The notes under the pieces: model-generated
Told to the model about the DNA's origin: nothing
The model's input: the letters and a program-made list of their open reading frames with translations, nothing else
Database searches by the model: none
DNA from: a virus
Taxonomy: Duplodnaviria > Caudoviricetes
Direction: 5' to 3' (one strand)
IMG/VR virus record: IMGVR_UViG_2744054517_000003
Location: 1 to 64,000 of that record
DNA length: 64,000 bases
Shown: piece by piece, positions 9,598-20,218 of the stretch
How the letters are laid out: the number at the start of each line of letters is the position of its first letter
Position numbering within the stretch: the first letter of the stretch is position 1
Translations under genes and position numbers: made by a program

Positions 9598-10418
9598 GTC
9601 AGGGTCACCTCAATTTGTAATACGGACGTTACTGGAATCTCAACGTCTTTAGTCGTTCCATTAAGCGTGAGATTTTCATAATCCTCCACGCCCTTGACCA
9701 ACAAAGCAGCACCTACGTAATTAAAGACAAGCTTTGTACGGCCAAGAGCATAATCAGCAATGCGCTTTCTGATTGGTTCAATCAGCTCAGGAAGCGGAAG
9801 AACAGTATTTAGTTTCGCAGCTACTTGCAGCGTGAACACCGGAGCAGGATACACTTCAAGATCGTGACCGCCAATCCGCTTGGTTTCCCACATATCCGCC
9901 TTAACCTTAGCAGCAAAATCTTTTGTGACTGGTTTACCCTGTAGATCAGTCAGATACAAGTCTATGGATACATCATTACGAGCCTTCTCAACATCCACAG
10001 CACCACCGACACCCTCCAGTTCCTTCGCCCATGCCTCATAGTCCTTACGACGTCCACTGCCTTCCTCAGTAAACGCACGATCAAGTATTCGCAATCGGTA
10101 CGTATCATCGTCCTCACCCGCTTTACGGGCCATTCCATCCGACCACCCGTGACCATCCAGAAATTCGCCATCTGCCCAAATGGGGAAGCCCTGAAGGAAA
10201 GCATACGTTAACAGTTCCTGCTGTTCGGAATATTCCATAGCTATCGGGTACCACAGATCATAGAAATATTCTCCCGGATCAGTAGGAGGCGGGGGCAAGC
10301 CTTTTTCCTGCGCCAATGTAATCGCACGGTTAACCCATCGGCGGTAGACTTCCTCGGGGGTTTCCTCCAAAATTGCCATCGGTGGCAGTGTCGGCAGATC
10401 CGTTAATTTCACATTCAC
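9594..10418 (-). CDS. baseplate J-like protein (XkdT-like, short)
   Basis: ADGEFLD.HG, GEDDDTYRLRI, GSG...DYEAWAKE..GVG, GVEDYENLTLNG. Confidence 0.8.
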   Translation of the reverse strand: MNVKLTDLPTLPPMAILEETPEEVYRRWVNRAITLAQEKGLPPPPTDPGEYFYDLWYPIAMEYSEQQELLTYAFLQGFPIWADGEFLDGHGWSDGMARKAGEDDDTYRLRILDRAFTEEGSGRRKDYEAWAKELEGVGGAVDVEKARNDVSIDLYLTDLQGKPVTKDFAAKVKADMWETKRIGGHDLEVYPAPVFTLQVAAKLNTVLPLPELIEPIRKRIADYALGRTKLVFNYVGAALLVKGVEDYENLTLNGTTKDVEIPVTSVLQIEVTLT

Positions 10419-10858
10419 AGTTCAATCGCCTCCTTCAGCTCCGCTTCTCCGGCTAAGCCAGTTAATTTAATTTTCAAGTACATGTTCTGGCTGTCCCGTT
10501 CCATAGACAGCACCTCTGCTTGAGAGATTTCCGTATGAGCTGCCAAAGCTTCCTCAATGTCGCGTTTTATTTCAACGTCCTCCCAATTGGCCCATTCAGA
10601 TCGTTCGACACCGATATCAGCGTCATACACCACATATTGAAATCGCTCTGTATTGAGGATTTTGAGCGCTGTCTGCACTAAATATTCAGCATAGGTGGCT
10701 GTCTTCTTGGGACGTCCATCATCTGTGGTGGCCATCTTCCTTGTACGGTAATCAATTACATACGTCCACTTGGTTTCGGACGCTACCATCTCTGTCAGCT
10801 CTACTTCGTCCACTTCGGAAAGGTCCAAATCAGGGAACAGACTTTCCTCGTCAGCCAT
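10415..10858 (-). CDS. baseplate wedge protein XkdS/DUF2634-like (gp25-like)
   Basis: ALKILNTERFQY.VY..D.GVE motif. Confidence 0.8.
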   Translation of the reverse strand: MADEESLFPDLDLSEVDEVELTEMVASETKWTYVIDYRTRKMATTDDGRPKKTATYAEYLVQTALKILNTERFQYVVYDADIGVERSEWANWEDVEIKRDIEEALAAHTEISQAEVLSMERDSQNMYLKIKLTGLAGEAELKEAIEL

Positions 10859-11276
10859 TGCCGCTCACATCCTTCCCATGGATGTAGTAGCGCTGTCCAC
10901 TCAGCCTGGAGACAATCAGCCGATCTCCGACCTGCAAAGGGCTTGGAATAACCAGCTTGCCACGTAACGAGCTGCGTGGGGTCTGCTTGTATGGCTCCCC
11001 TGTTTCGTAAACCACACCGTTAGCCAATACGCCTGTAACGCTGCCTTTGGTTTCATTGCCCTCCAGATATTCAGCAGCTATGAAATCCGCTTTAACTTCC
11101 CGATCCAACAAATACTCAGCAAACACCAGTTTATCCGCTGGATAGGGACTAAGGTCACCATCCACCTCTATTGACGGACTACCTGGCCAACTTAGAAACA
11201 TAGCCCTTTCGGTGTCCCGTGCGTCGATTTTTTCTTTGGTTTGATCTTTTAGAAGCTTGAGCGCTTCATTCAGCAC
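10851..11276 (-). CDS. baseplate spike-like protein XkdR/DUF2577-like
   Basis: position between XkdQ and XkdS; C-terminal LQVGDRLIV...GQRYYI. Confidence 0.65.
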   Translation of the reverse strand: MLNEALKLLKDQTKEKIDARDTERAMFLSWPGSPSIEVDGDLSPYPADKLVFAEYLLDREVKADFIAAEYLEGNETKGSVTGVLANGVVYETGEPYKQTPRSSLRGKLVIPSPLQVGDRLIVSRLSGQRYYIHGKDVSGNG

Positions 11277-11278
11277 GC

Positions 11279-12256
11279 CTATTCCCTCCTTTCCAATTCC
11301 AGCGTTACGGTATATGTTCCATTCTTGTAGCTGCTATCAGCCGTGACGACAATCCATTTTGAAGTATGATCGGTCTTAGTCAGGACAAGCCAACCGGAAC
11401 GCAAGCCGGATAACGTATGGTCCGTGTGCCGAACTGTAATTTTCTTGATCTGTTTGGCAGCGGACAATACCTTCAGCCGCTGCACAGCGATGGTCTCCGG
11501 CTTTTCATCCTCACCAACCTCGATGATCTCTTCCATTCGGCCCATTGCCTTAACTGCACCCGCTGCCGTTTTAGTAACAGCAGAAGCGATCTTATCATCC
11601 TTCCATTTCTGCGCGGTTATGACTGTATAAGTTTCCTCGATGCTGTATCCTGCCGTGCTGGAGGTCATCTGTTCGGGTACAAAAATAGGAACCTTGGTAT
11701 TGGTCCCTTCGCGCATCACCTGCAGATAAAAGCTCTTTTCCGTCCTAACAAGGTCTATATAATAACGGTAGCCGCTACGCTCATATGCCTTTTGCAATAC
11801 GTCGAGGATAATTTCCGAATGGGCCATCGTTCCATAACGCTCGTCCAAATTAAAGCCGAGAGCAGGACAGCGAAAGTCAATGCCCGTGCTCTTGATGTAT
11901 CGTTGCAACTCCGCTCCAGCCTCGCCTTTAAGGTATGGCCTCGTCCCCTTGTTCTTGCTCAAATACCAGCCGATCTCCCGCGCCTCAATTTCCCAAGCGT
12001 TTGTAAATTCGTCCTGCTCGTATTTAATAATAGGTCCGTGAAAAAATTGGTTTTTGTGATGATAAAGAGCACCACCGACCTTTTGCGAAAAGCACATCAG
12101 CATACCAGCTACCTTTATATTGCTCGCATTGCGAAGTCGTACCGTAGCGCTGCGGGCAATCTCATCACGGCCAGAAGACCAGGACACTTCCTCGATGCCC
12201 TCCGTCAGCATCTGCCGGGCGTTCTCCTTGCCATATACAGCCGCAAAGTCGTCCAT
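11279..12256 (-). CDS. baseplate hub protein XkdQ-like
   Basis: 325 aa; EVSWSSGRDEIARS, YSIEETYT motifs; position. Confidence 0.7.
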   Translation of the reverse strand: MDDFAAVYGKENARQMLTEGIEEVSWSSGRDEIARSATVRLRNASNIKVAGMLMCFSQKVGGALYHHKNQFFHGPIIKYEQDEFTNAWEIEAREIGWYLSKNKGTRPYLKGEAGAELQRYIKSTGIDFRCPALGFNLDERYGTMAHSEIILDVLQKAYERSGYRYYIDLVRTEKSFYLQVMREGTNTKVPIFVPEQMTSSTAGYSIEETYTVITAQKWKDDKIASAVTKTAAGAVKAMGRMEEIIEVGEDEKPETIAVQRLKVLSAAKQIKKITVRHTDHTLSGLRSGWLVLTKTDHTSKWIVVTADSSYKNGTYTVTLELERRE

Positions 12257-12262
12257 AATACA

Positions 12263-12910
12263 TCACTTCCCTTTAGCCTTGGAAACCTTGTCTGATATTC
12301 GCTTTTTGGAACTGGTATAGTCAAAAGCGCCCCTAGCGTTCGGGTCCTCCTTGGCTTTTTTGCTTTTATCCTTGGCCTTCTTTTTTTTATCATCTTTTTT
12401 CTTTTCGTTCTTTTTGTCCTTCTTGCCCGTAGTATTAGGGCGACTTTTTGACGGTTTAGTGATCACGGTTCCAGGCTTGAGAACCTGTTTAGAGTTAGAG
12501 TAAGAAACGATTTTAACAGGCTTATACTCCACAAATGAATAGTTACCATGAAGATTCCCCTGTCCATCCTTGTACGTCTGGTCCATCCCCTCCAAGAGCA
12601 TCGTTTGACTAAATAGGTTCTCAAAGTTAAGTACTACAGGCTTACCTTTCCATTGCTCCAGTAGCTTCCACGTTACTTCTGGTGTTTTATAGGTGACCGT
12701 CTGTTTGCTATCCGTCTCCCAAATCTCTTCCCAATAGCGTGGAAGGATTGCAGAAAAAGAAACCCGTTTCACTTTCGAGACGGGTTTCCCTGTTCGCTCC
12801 TGTCCAGTTATGACGGTAAAGGTTTCAACCTCATTACCAGACGTGATTTGAATCTCTGCTGGGGTGATGGGAAAAGTAAGGCGGATTTTACCTTGCGATA
12901 GTGCCAACAT
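12263..12910 (-). CDS. tail initiator XkdP-like protein (no LysM; Lys-rich tail)
   Basis: LTFPITPAEIQI, VSFSAILP, Y.FVEYK motifs directly after the tape measure. Confidence 0.7.
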   Translation of the reverse strand: MLALSQGKIRLTFPITPAEIQITSGNEVETFTVITGQERTGKPVSKVKRVSFSAILPRYWEEIWETDSKQTVTYKTPEVTWKLLEQWKGKPVVLNFENLFSQTMLLEGMDQTYKDGQGNLHGNYSFVEYKPVKIVSYSNSKQVLKPGTVITKPSKSRPNTTGKKDKKNEKKKDDKKKKAKDKSKKAKEDPNARGAFDYTSSKKRISDKVSKAKGK

Positions 12911-12913
12911 GGC

Positions 12914-15900
12914 TTACCCTCCAGTCTCCAATACTTTCATCATTTCTTCACCAAACACTTTACGGATCAACGCACGACCTTGAGGGCTGGTGAGCATCTG
13001 TGCGAACTCGGCAAAATTACTAATGCCCTTTGCCATCTCTCCGAAATCAATATTGATATTACCTATTGACACAGACTTCGGCGCGGCAGGAGCAGGCTGG
13101 GCAAGCGTCTGAGCCATTGGCATCATGCTGGCCGTACCGATCAAACTTGGCCGGCCGACTTGTCCACCGTTAGCATAAGGACGTACACCCATGATTATTC
13201 CAGCACGTTCCCAAAGCTCGCGGCCCCGACTGCGGCGGCTGGCTGACAGCGGAATGATCATTTCCGGACCAGCTTCGCCGACCAAGCCGACGTGTGGACG
13301 GTTGATATATCCACCTTGAGCATATGGTTTTGGCTTAGGTTTCGGTGTAATTCCACCACCGCCAGAGTTAGCGTCTTTTGCGTCCTTCATCTTTTTAAGG
13401 ACTACTGCAACGGAACTGACAACGGAAGACAACGTAGGGAACTGGCCGCGCATACCAGCAATAAAATGGGACATAAGATCACTTCCCCAGCTATTGCCCT
13501 GGCTCGATACGTTTTTAAGTGAGAACAGATACTGTCTCGTCTTATCAACAGCCGATTTCGCCGCAACGCTGACACTATTAAAACTCTGTTTATTTTTTGC
13601 TGCCCCTTTGGCCACCTCATCCACGCTGCTCTTAGAAGCGGTTCCTACATCTTTAATACTTTTCTGGGCTTTGCTGCTGTCACCCATTTTCCAGACAACA
13701 CCCCACGCATTTTTAAGTGCATTAAGGCGCTGCTTAACTTCTGGTTGCTCAGCAACGGTTTTTAGTCCCTCTTTAAGACCTTTATCGACTATGCTTTTGC
13801 GCACCTCGTCGCCAATCTGCTGAAGGCGCTTCTGCTTCTGCTCAGTCAGATTGTTGATCGTAATTTTTGCCTCAGGAGAGGGGCCAGGCTTCTCTTCCTT
13901 CTTGTCGCCCGTGAACCAGTTCTTCACGCCAGTCCAGGTATCCTTAGCAGAATTAAAGATTCCAACTGCACCATCCACGACCTTCCGGGTCAGCCCGCTT
14001 TCATCGGCAAATTTACCGATCTTCTCCCCTACGATATTCCCGATGTATGCACCGGCCATTGTGCCAAGTGGCCCAAGAACAGACCCAAAATCCCCGCCAA
14101 TAGCACCTCCGGCTACACGGCCAACCATAGCACCGCCTTGCGTAGATACAGCCTCACGCAAGCCCTTATCCTTTGATGCTTCGTAGAGGTCATATGCACC
14201 GGCTGCTACGCTTGCAACCGTACCAACAATACCGCCAACTTTAGCCGCTTTACCTGCTCCTTTCAGGAAGCCACGCAAGCGGCCACCGCCAGAAGGCGGA
14301 CTCGGTGGTGGCGGTGGATTTGGTGGAGCAGGTCGACGAACACGCCATGGATTTTCACGCGATCCGCGAGGACTTGGGTTAAGATCAGGGGATGGAGTGG
14401 GACGAGGACCATTAATGCGTATACGACGTCTACCGCCTCCCGCTCCCCTACGCCCTCCACGACTGTTTCTTCTACGGCGGCGTTCTCTGTCACGGTCGCC
14501 ACTATCGCCACCGTCATCATCTGCCCCTCCTTCCCCACCACCGGACACAGAGCCATTTATATAGACTTTCGTAGCGTTAACAGTCATGGAAGCAACAGAG
14601 CGTAAACCACCAATACGATCATCGACAGGGTTACGGTTTCCACTCAATTGGCGTCTAATACCGCGTCCACCCATCCGCTCCCGTATTCGGGCAGCTCGTT
14701 GGGCTGGTGTTTCCTCGGGCGGTGGAGCTGGAGGTTCAGGAGGTTTCCGCCGAATCCAGTTCCAACCGGCTTTGATTCCCCTCCCTGTCGCATTTGCACC
14801 CTCTTTTCCCTTCTCTCCTACCCATTTAGCAGCAGTAGAAAGATCATCGTTGAACTTCTTTACACCTTGTGCAAAGGCCCATAATTTCTTAGCTACCAGT
14901 ACAGCAGCCAACCCCATTAGAGCAGTATTTATGGCATTAAAATGATCTTTATAGAAGCTAGTCGCTCCAGTTATCGCATTGGTTATCCCCGTACCAAGTG
15001 TTTGAATGTTATCCTTATTCTGCACTAGCAAGGCGTTAAATTCCTTCATAGCTGGAAGGGCTGCTTGAGCAATATTGGTCCCAATCTCTTGCATTTGCAG
15101 GCTAATTTCAGCACGAGTCTGCTTCATTTCCGTCATTGGGTCCGCTGCCTGCTGCTTACGAAGCAAATTATCAGTGGTGCCCTTCATGTTTGGTGCTTTT
15201 TGAAACGCCGTGCCGAACGTCTTCAGAATGGAATCAGCGTTGTCTTCACCAGCGCCAGAACCCAAAGTTACAAGGGATTGTTTTAATTGGCTCCGCGTTT
15301 GACTAGCCAAATCGCCAACCAATGCCGCTATGGCTCCTTGAGCACGCTGTTTGTCACCTGAATTGATATCGTCTGTAAAAGCCGTCGCCTGACGTTGGGC
15401 TTCATCCTTGCCTGCTCCGCGACTGATAAAGTAATTCGCCATATCCCCTGTATTCAGAGCTTTGACACCAAACGTCTCCTTGAAAAAGTCGGCAGGCTTG
15501 TCGAAGTTAAATGCGCCATTCTGGACAGTTTTCGTTAAAAAATTTGCCATTTGCGCTGAATCGGTGCCGCTGCTTGCAAAGTATGGACTGTACTCCCAAA
15601 ACGTATCGAACAGATCCTGCTGCTTGTCACCTACCTCCTTATAGGCATACATCATGCTATCAGCGACTTGACTGTAGGATTCTTTAAAACTGTTCGACGT
15701 TTGAGACAGCGCCCGCTGTACTTCCTCAGCTCCGGCATCCGGGCGAATGTACTGGATTTTAGCAGACGCACTTACGAAGTCACTCATCTTGGACTTATCC
15801 TGAACTAAAGGAGCTGCATCGGCAAGTTGTCGGGTTCCTTCTATACGATCTGGAATAATGGCCTTTTTAACTAAATCATCTACCGTGCTAAGGCTCAGCT

Positions 15901-16438
15901 GACGAATGCTTTCTGGCATGTAAGCCGCACTTCGTGCCGCCTCACGGTTGTAGTCGGACACGCCCCCAAACATAGAGTCACTTATACCGCTACCGAGCAC
16001 AATCCCACCTGCCAACGCTGCCAACGCTGAAATTTTGTCGGATACTTGGTCAACGACTGGACTAATCGAATCCTCGGCCCGTAGCTTAACATGGGCGTCC
16101 CGGATACTTCGTATTTCCGAATCCGCTCGATCAGCAGAACGCCTAAGATCATCAGCTCCAGCACGTGCACGACGAAAGATATCGTTCAAGTGGATCTGAT
16201 TCATACGTCGTACTTCATCGGACGCGCCATTGATCCGTCTGCCTAGATCGTCCGCTGATTCCCTCGCCCGACGGCTACCGGATACAAAATCATCGAACAT
16301 GCTGCCCGATGCACGACGAAAATTCATCAGGTCGTCATGTGCGCCCTGAAGCATACGTCGCATATTCCGGACTGCGCCGGTGATCATATCCCTTGCCTCA
16401 AACGGTACCGTAACTGATGTAGTTGCTATAGTTCCCAC
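12914..16438 (-). CDS. tail tape measure protein (1174 aa)
   Basis: long Ala/Gly-rich helical ORF after the chaperone; C-terminal YAQGG...GLVGEAGPEMIIPL. Confidence 0.9.
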   Translation of the reverse strand: MGTIATTSVTVPFEARDMITGAVRNMRRMLQGAHDDLMNFRRASGSMFDDFVSGSRRARESADDLGRRINGASDEVRRMNQIHLNDIFRRARAGADDLRRSADRADSEIRSIRDAHVKLRAEDSISPVVDQVSDKISALAALAGGIVLGSGISDSMFGGVSDYNREAARSAAYMPESIRQLSLSTVDDLVKKAIIPDRIEGTRQLADAAPLVQDKSKMSDFVSASAKIQYIRPDAGAEEVQRALSQTSNSFKESYSQVADSMMYAYKEVGDKQQDLFDTFWEYSPYFASSGTDSAQMANFLTKTVQNGAFNFDKPADFFKETFGVKALNTGDMANYFISRGAGKDEAQRQATAFTDDINSGDKQRAQGAIAALVGDLASQTRSQLKQSLVTLGSGAGEDNADSILKTFGTAFQKAPNMKGTTDNLLRKQQAADPMTEMKQTRAEISLQMQEIGTNIAQAALPAMKEFNALLVQNKDNIQTLGTGITNAITGATSFYKDHFNAINTALMGLAAVLVAKKLWAFAQGVKKFNDDLSTAAKWVGEKGKEGANATGRGIKAGWNWIRRKPPEPPAPPPEETPAQRAARIRERMGGRGIRRQLSGNRNPVDDRIGGLRSVASMTVNATKVYINGSVSGGGEGGADDDGGDSGDRDRERRRRRNSRGGRRGAGGGRRRIRINGPRPTPSPDLNPSPRGSRENPWRVRRPAPPNPPPPPSPPSGGGRLRGFLKGAGKAAKVGGIVGTVASVAAGAYDLYEASKDKGLREAVSTQGGAMVGRVAGGAIGGDFGSVLGPLGTMAGAYIGNIVGEKIGKFADESGLTRKVVDGAVGIFNSAKDTWTGVKNWFTGDKKEEKPGPSPEAKITINNLTEQKQKRLQQIGDEVRKSIVDKGLKEGLKTVAEQPEVKQRLNALKNAWGVVWKMGDSSKAQKSIKDVGTASKSSVDEVAKGAAKNKQSFNSVSVAAKSAVDKTRQYLFSLKNVSSQGNSWGSDLMSHFIAGMRGQFPTLSSVVSSVAVVLKKMKDAKDANSGGGGITPKPKPKPYAQGGYINRPHVGLVGEAGPEMIIPLSASRRSRGRELWERAGIIMGVRPYANGGQVGRPSLIGTASMMPMAQTLAQPAPAAPKSVSIGNINIDFGEMAKGISNFAEFAQMLTSPQGRALIRKVFGEEMMKVLETGG

Positions 16439-16459
16439 CCCCTTCCTGTTTCGACATGG

Positions 16460-17007
16460 TTATTTCCGATTCATACGCGCCATTTCTTCCTCAGCGATCA
16501 TTGATGCTGCCAGGCAAAAATAATATTGGCGCTCTTCATCCACTTCATACGGCAAGACCTCAGAAGGCAGCTTTTTTTGGTTAACCCAAAAATGGGCTAT
16601 CCAGCTTGCCTCGCCATCTCGCCGGATGAGTTTTTTGCTTCTTTCATCAATTCTTCCTTAGTTTCTTGAAAGTTACGTACCGCCTTGCTGAGGATTGCAT
16701 AATGGTCTGGATTGCTGAGCATTCGTGGTGGTAACTCATTCTTGTTTATGCAACTATAAACTTTCAGAAGCTCTTTGTTGTTCCAATCGAAGTCATGCTC
16801 CGTCGCCCGCACAATCATAACGTCGATATCGTTGAATGTTTCCTTTGGTGAACCATCATCATTAAATGCCACATCATAGCAACGGCGGATGTCCATTGTG
16901 GTCAAGCGCCGAACGGACCATTTCTCGCCGTCCACCTCTACCTCAAGTTGTTCCGGCTTTGCGGCCGCCGTGCCAGCCGCAAGATATTTTTGTAATTTGT
17001 CGCTCAT
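16460..17007 (-). CDS. xkdN: tail assembly chaperone XkdN-like (16597-17007) with -1 frameshift extension to 16460
   Basis: ...EAKN at slippery AAAAAAC (16630-16636); -1 frame is open: KLIRRDGEASWIAHFWVNQKKLPSEVL...MARMNRK*. Confidence 0.8.
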
Positions 17008-17136
17008 TGTGATTCCTCCAATTTATTAGTCTTCTTTCATCAAAACACAGGTATTTTGAATAATCACTGCATGTAAAAAGCCTGCAAACTACTCCTATTG
17101 GAGTCAGTCTACAGGCTTAAATGATCTAGGAATTTA

Positions 17137-17481
17137 TTATTTTACAGTAATGTAATACTCAATTTGCCCCGATCCATCTGGTAGATCAGCCACAACCAAA
17201 GCGACTCCAGGCTTCAGACCAACTACTAGACCATCAACATTGAGATAGATTGGGTTATTGTCCCCCTGATCCCCACTAATCCAAAAACTTGAACCAGTCA
17301 GATACCTCGATTCGCCTACTTTAAGAGTTAATCGACTGATAACTGCGTTCGTAGTAACCCCTTGCGTAATTGCGGCTTGAGAATCTGGAGCGGCGGCGGC
17401 AGCCGGAGAAGCAAATGATGTCGATCCTAAAGAGAAGCATGCTGCAACAGTTAAAAGTCCAATCAATAGTTTCTTTTTCAC
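17137..17481 (-). CDS. secreted small Ig-like-domain moron
   Basis: signal peptide; LTLKVGES...VDGLVVGLKPG.A.V Big_2-like pattern; own AT-rich upstream region and hairpin at ~17076-17118. Confidence 0.6.
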   Translation of the reverse strand: MKKKLLIGLLTVAACFSLGSTSFASPAAAAAPDSQAAITQGVTTNAVISRLTLKVGESRYLTGSSFWISGDQGDNNPIYLNVDGLVVGLKPGVALVVADLPDGSGQIEYYITVK

Positions 17482-17701
17482 CTTACATCATCCTTTCATA
17501 TTTGGAATACACACCTATTATATAGAATATATATCCAAATATAAATAGCTTTTGGTAAAATTATCGCTAAATTTTCGAATGTTTTATGGGCTACTTCATG
17601 GATGAAATCAAAACTTGTAAAACTAATATGAATATTCATATTTTTTTAGACCATCTTTGCTAGAGCCTATCAACATTGCGGAAAAGAACCCTTTGTTCCA
17701 C

Positions 17702-18145
17702 TTAAGCCATGTAATCCGGAAACTTGTCAACGAAATCGAAATCCGTTGCTGTACCCGACAAGGTAATGTCTATACCATTGTTATCATCAATTTTCGCGAC
17801 AAGAATATCTATTTCCTCATGAATGTGAATCCCTGTGATAAGGACACGTTCCGTGTTGCCCGTGATACGGTCTTCCAAGGAACCTGTAATACGAGGAAGA
17901 AACATTGTACGACCTGCTTTAAAGTCGTCCAGCAGTCGGTACCGCAATCGCGATTCAAGTTTTGACATGACAATTTTAACTGAAATTTCGTATCCTGTGA
18001 GTTGCTTCGTTTTAGCCATGCGCCGTGCTCGAACAATGTCCAAGTTTTCTGGTTTCAGTAGCACTTCCACTTCTTTCACCGTCTGTACGTCCTCACCGTT
18101 GTCATCCTGTAACGAGAGATTTCGTCCAATAAGTTCGCGTTCCAT
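17702..18145 (-). CDS. xkdM: tail tube protein
   Basis: 147 aa directly after the sheath; I.GSLEDR.TG.TERV.I motif. Confidence 0.75.
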   Translation of the reverse strand: MERELIGRNLSLQDDNGEDVQTVKEVEVLLKPENLDIVRARRMAKTKQLTGYEISVKIVMSKLESRLRYRLLDDFKAGRTMFLPRITGSLEDRITGNTERVLITGIHIHEEIDILVAKIDDNNGIDITLSGTATDFDFVDKFPDYMA

Positions 18146-18148
18146 CTA

Positions 18149-19486
18149 TTATTCCACCTCCCAGTCAGTATAGAAAATTTCGATAGCATCAAGCGGTTTG
18201 GCGCCGAGCTTGAAATAGGCATAATCGTTCTCGCTTGTCTTATCTGGATTTTCTGAGAAACTGAATTTGTCTGCAATGGCCTTCTGCTGAGCACGAATTT
18301 TAAGATATTCCAACACAGCAGCAATAAACATGCCGCGGCCTTCTTTGTCGTTATCCAGCTTGGCTTTCCAACGCTTGCCCGCTTCGTAGATATCGTTCAT
18401 TACTTGGTCAATCATAGCGGAAACGCGAATCTTCCCAAAGTCCTCACGCTCATTTGGTCCGATCGTGGTCAGAGTGTTAATAGCAGATTCGATAATGTAT
18501 TTGTACCCATCTCGTGTAGCCATCAGCGTTCCTTCTGCCAGTCCTTTTAGTGCCTCAGTGTGACTCCAGTCCACTTTTGCCAATGTCATAGGCACTTCAA
18601 CACCCGTAAATGACTTATTGGCAGGTGTACCCGCAACCAGCCCAGCCACCCATGCAGCCCATTCGACGGATGTGTAGGTCTTACCGTTGGTGTGATCGCC
18701 AGCAAGAGAGCAGTTAATTACATAACGGGCATTCATGGCGCGACTGCGTGCGTTGTGCGCCTCAATGTCGCCGTCCGCGACAACCAACGTCGCCAGCTTA
18801 TGACCCTTATCGCGACGATCTAGCAGCCATTGTTTGGCGGAAGCTTGTACAGCCGGATCAACAGCGGAGAGGTAAATAGTATCGAACGTCAGGCCGTACA
18901 CCCGGTTAAAGATACGATTCCAGTCGGTCGCTGCCAATATGGCCGTGCCAGTTGTACCGCCATCCAGTTTGGTATAAGCCACGTCTGCAAGAGCAGTTGC
19001 GCCAGTATCCTTAAAACGGACCATAGTGGACTTTTTAAGAGCTTCCACAGCAGCCGCCTTGTCTGCAACTAGATACGTTTCTGTGTCATACACGCCCTTG
19101 GTGTCGCGAACTACGATCTCCTTCTTGGTGCCATCGATAAGAGCCGGACGCACCATGTATTCCAAATCATTGCCTCGTGTTCCTGGATAACGTGCCTCAA
19201 TAGTGTAGCTGTCAGCAACAGCGACAGATGCAGCCTTTTCTTCCCCGTTTGTAACCCGGTAGCCGATAACAGTCGCCCCGCTTTCGGCAGCAAGCTCCAA
19301 TACATCAACAAGCTTGCCGGACTCCTTTAGGCGCTCTGAATCATTAGCCATATCTACGGCTTGGTTCGGTGCGCCCCATTCGGCCTGATAGGGAATGAGT
19401 ACGCGGCCAGTTGTTGGAACAACCCGAGACCGTGCCTTTACTAGCAATTCAATGTACGCGCTGGGCCTAACCCGCTGAATTGTCAT
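18149..19486 (-). CDS. xkdK: contractile tail sheath protein
   Basis: RPSAYI, AEWG, ARYPGTRGN, AAWVAG..AG, IESAINTLTT, FGKIRV motifs. Confidence 0.9.
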   Translation of the reverse strand: MTIQRVRPSAYIELLVKARSRVVPTTGRVLIPYQAEWGAPNQAVDMANDSERLKESGKLVDVLELAAESGATVIGYRVTNGEEKAASVAVADSYTIEARYPGTRGNDLEYMVRPALIDGTKKEIVVRDTKGVYDTETYLVADKAAAVEALKKSTMVRFKDTGATALADVAYTKLDGGTTGTAILAATDWNRIFNRVYGLTFDTIYLSAVDPAVQASAKQWLLDRRDKGHKLATLVVADGDIEAHNARSRAMNARYVINCSLAGDHTNGKTYTSVEWAAWVAGLVAGTPANKSFTGVEVPMTLAKVDWSHTEALKGLAEGTLMATRDGYKYIIESAINTLTTIGPNEREDFGKIRVSAMIDQVMNDIYEAGKRWKAKLDNDKEGRGMFIAAVLEYLKIRAQQKAIADKFSFSENPDKTSENDYAYFKLGAKPLDAIEIFYTDWEVE

Positions 19487-19727
19487 TTGGCGTTTCCTCC
19501 TTTGGTTTTTTCACTTGTGGTACTTCTGGTTTAACAGGCACAGAAGCAGGGGCTTCCTTGACCGGATGCAAATACGCATCCAGTCTTTGCTCCACTTCTG
19601 CCCGTGAAAGCAATGCGCAAGCAGCGCAATCAAAAAGAGCGCCCGCAATCTCGTAAGGCTCTGCCTTCAAGACCGCTGCGCTCTCAATCCATTCCTGCTT
19701 ATTCCGTTTGTTTAAATCCTCAGTCAT
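19467..19727 (-). CDS. small phage protein (YqzN/YkzM-like)
   Basis: 86 aa before the sheath; EIAGALF motif. Confidence 0.55.
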   Translation of the reverse strand: MTEDLNKRNKQEWIESAAVLKAEPYEIAGALFDCAACALLSRAEVEQRLDAYLHPVKEAPASVPVKPEVPQVKKPKEETPNDNSAG

Positions 19728-20218
19728 GCGTCAAATTCCTCCCCGTTGTGACTGATATAGAAATTGTTAATCTTCTGAATTGGGCTGCCGTCGTCATTGA
19801 CCAGTGGCTTCGGTACACTGAGCAAATACGAGTACCTAAAGGTAACCTCTACTTGATCGGCCTTTTTCCGGGTTCGTGGCGGCTCAATGACCAGCACAAC
19901 TCCAAAACGTTTGGACGGTACGTTAAACCGCTGCTGTCGAAGGTAGGTGAAAAACGGGTCAAGGTCAAGCGGTATAGGCTCCCCCTCGTCCTGTTCGTCC
20001 GCTCGTTCCTTGTCATAGTGGAATACCAGCCCAACGTCCTCTATTATTCGGTCAGCTCGCGGCGTGTGAACCTTGTCCGAAACAAGATCCGTCTCGATAA
20101 ACACGGCAGGCAGTTTAAAATCACCAGCCAGCCATTTAGACCGATCTCGCAAGATAGAAAGCTCAGGAAACACCCGTCGCACGATTTCGGCCCAGGCTTT
20201 TAAACCAACATCCATCAT
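19724..20218 (-). CDS. putative tail terminator (XkdJ position)
   Basis: FKLPAVFI motif and synteny. Confidence 0.6.
   Translation of the reverse strand: MMDVGLKAWAEIVRRVFPELSILRDRSKWLAGDFKLPAVFIETDLVSDKVHTPRADRIIEDVGLVFHYDKERADEQDEGEPIPLDLDPFFTYLRQQRFNVPSKRFGVVLVIEPPRTRKKADQVEVTFRYSYLLSVPKPLVNDDGSPIQKINNFYISHNGEEFDA

Noticed and set aside
11417-12295. 292-aa plus-strand ORF and similar antisense ORFs (e.g. 21730-22551, 19604-20203)
   Set aside because: Shadow frames opposite well-supported phage genes, with no motifs or RBS
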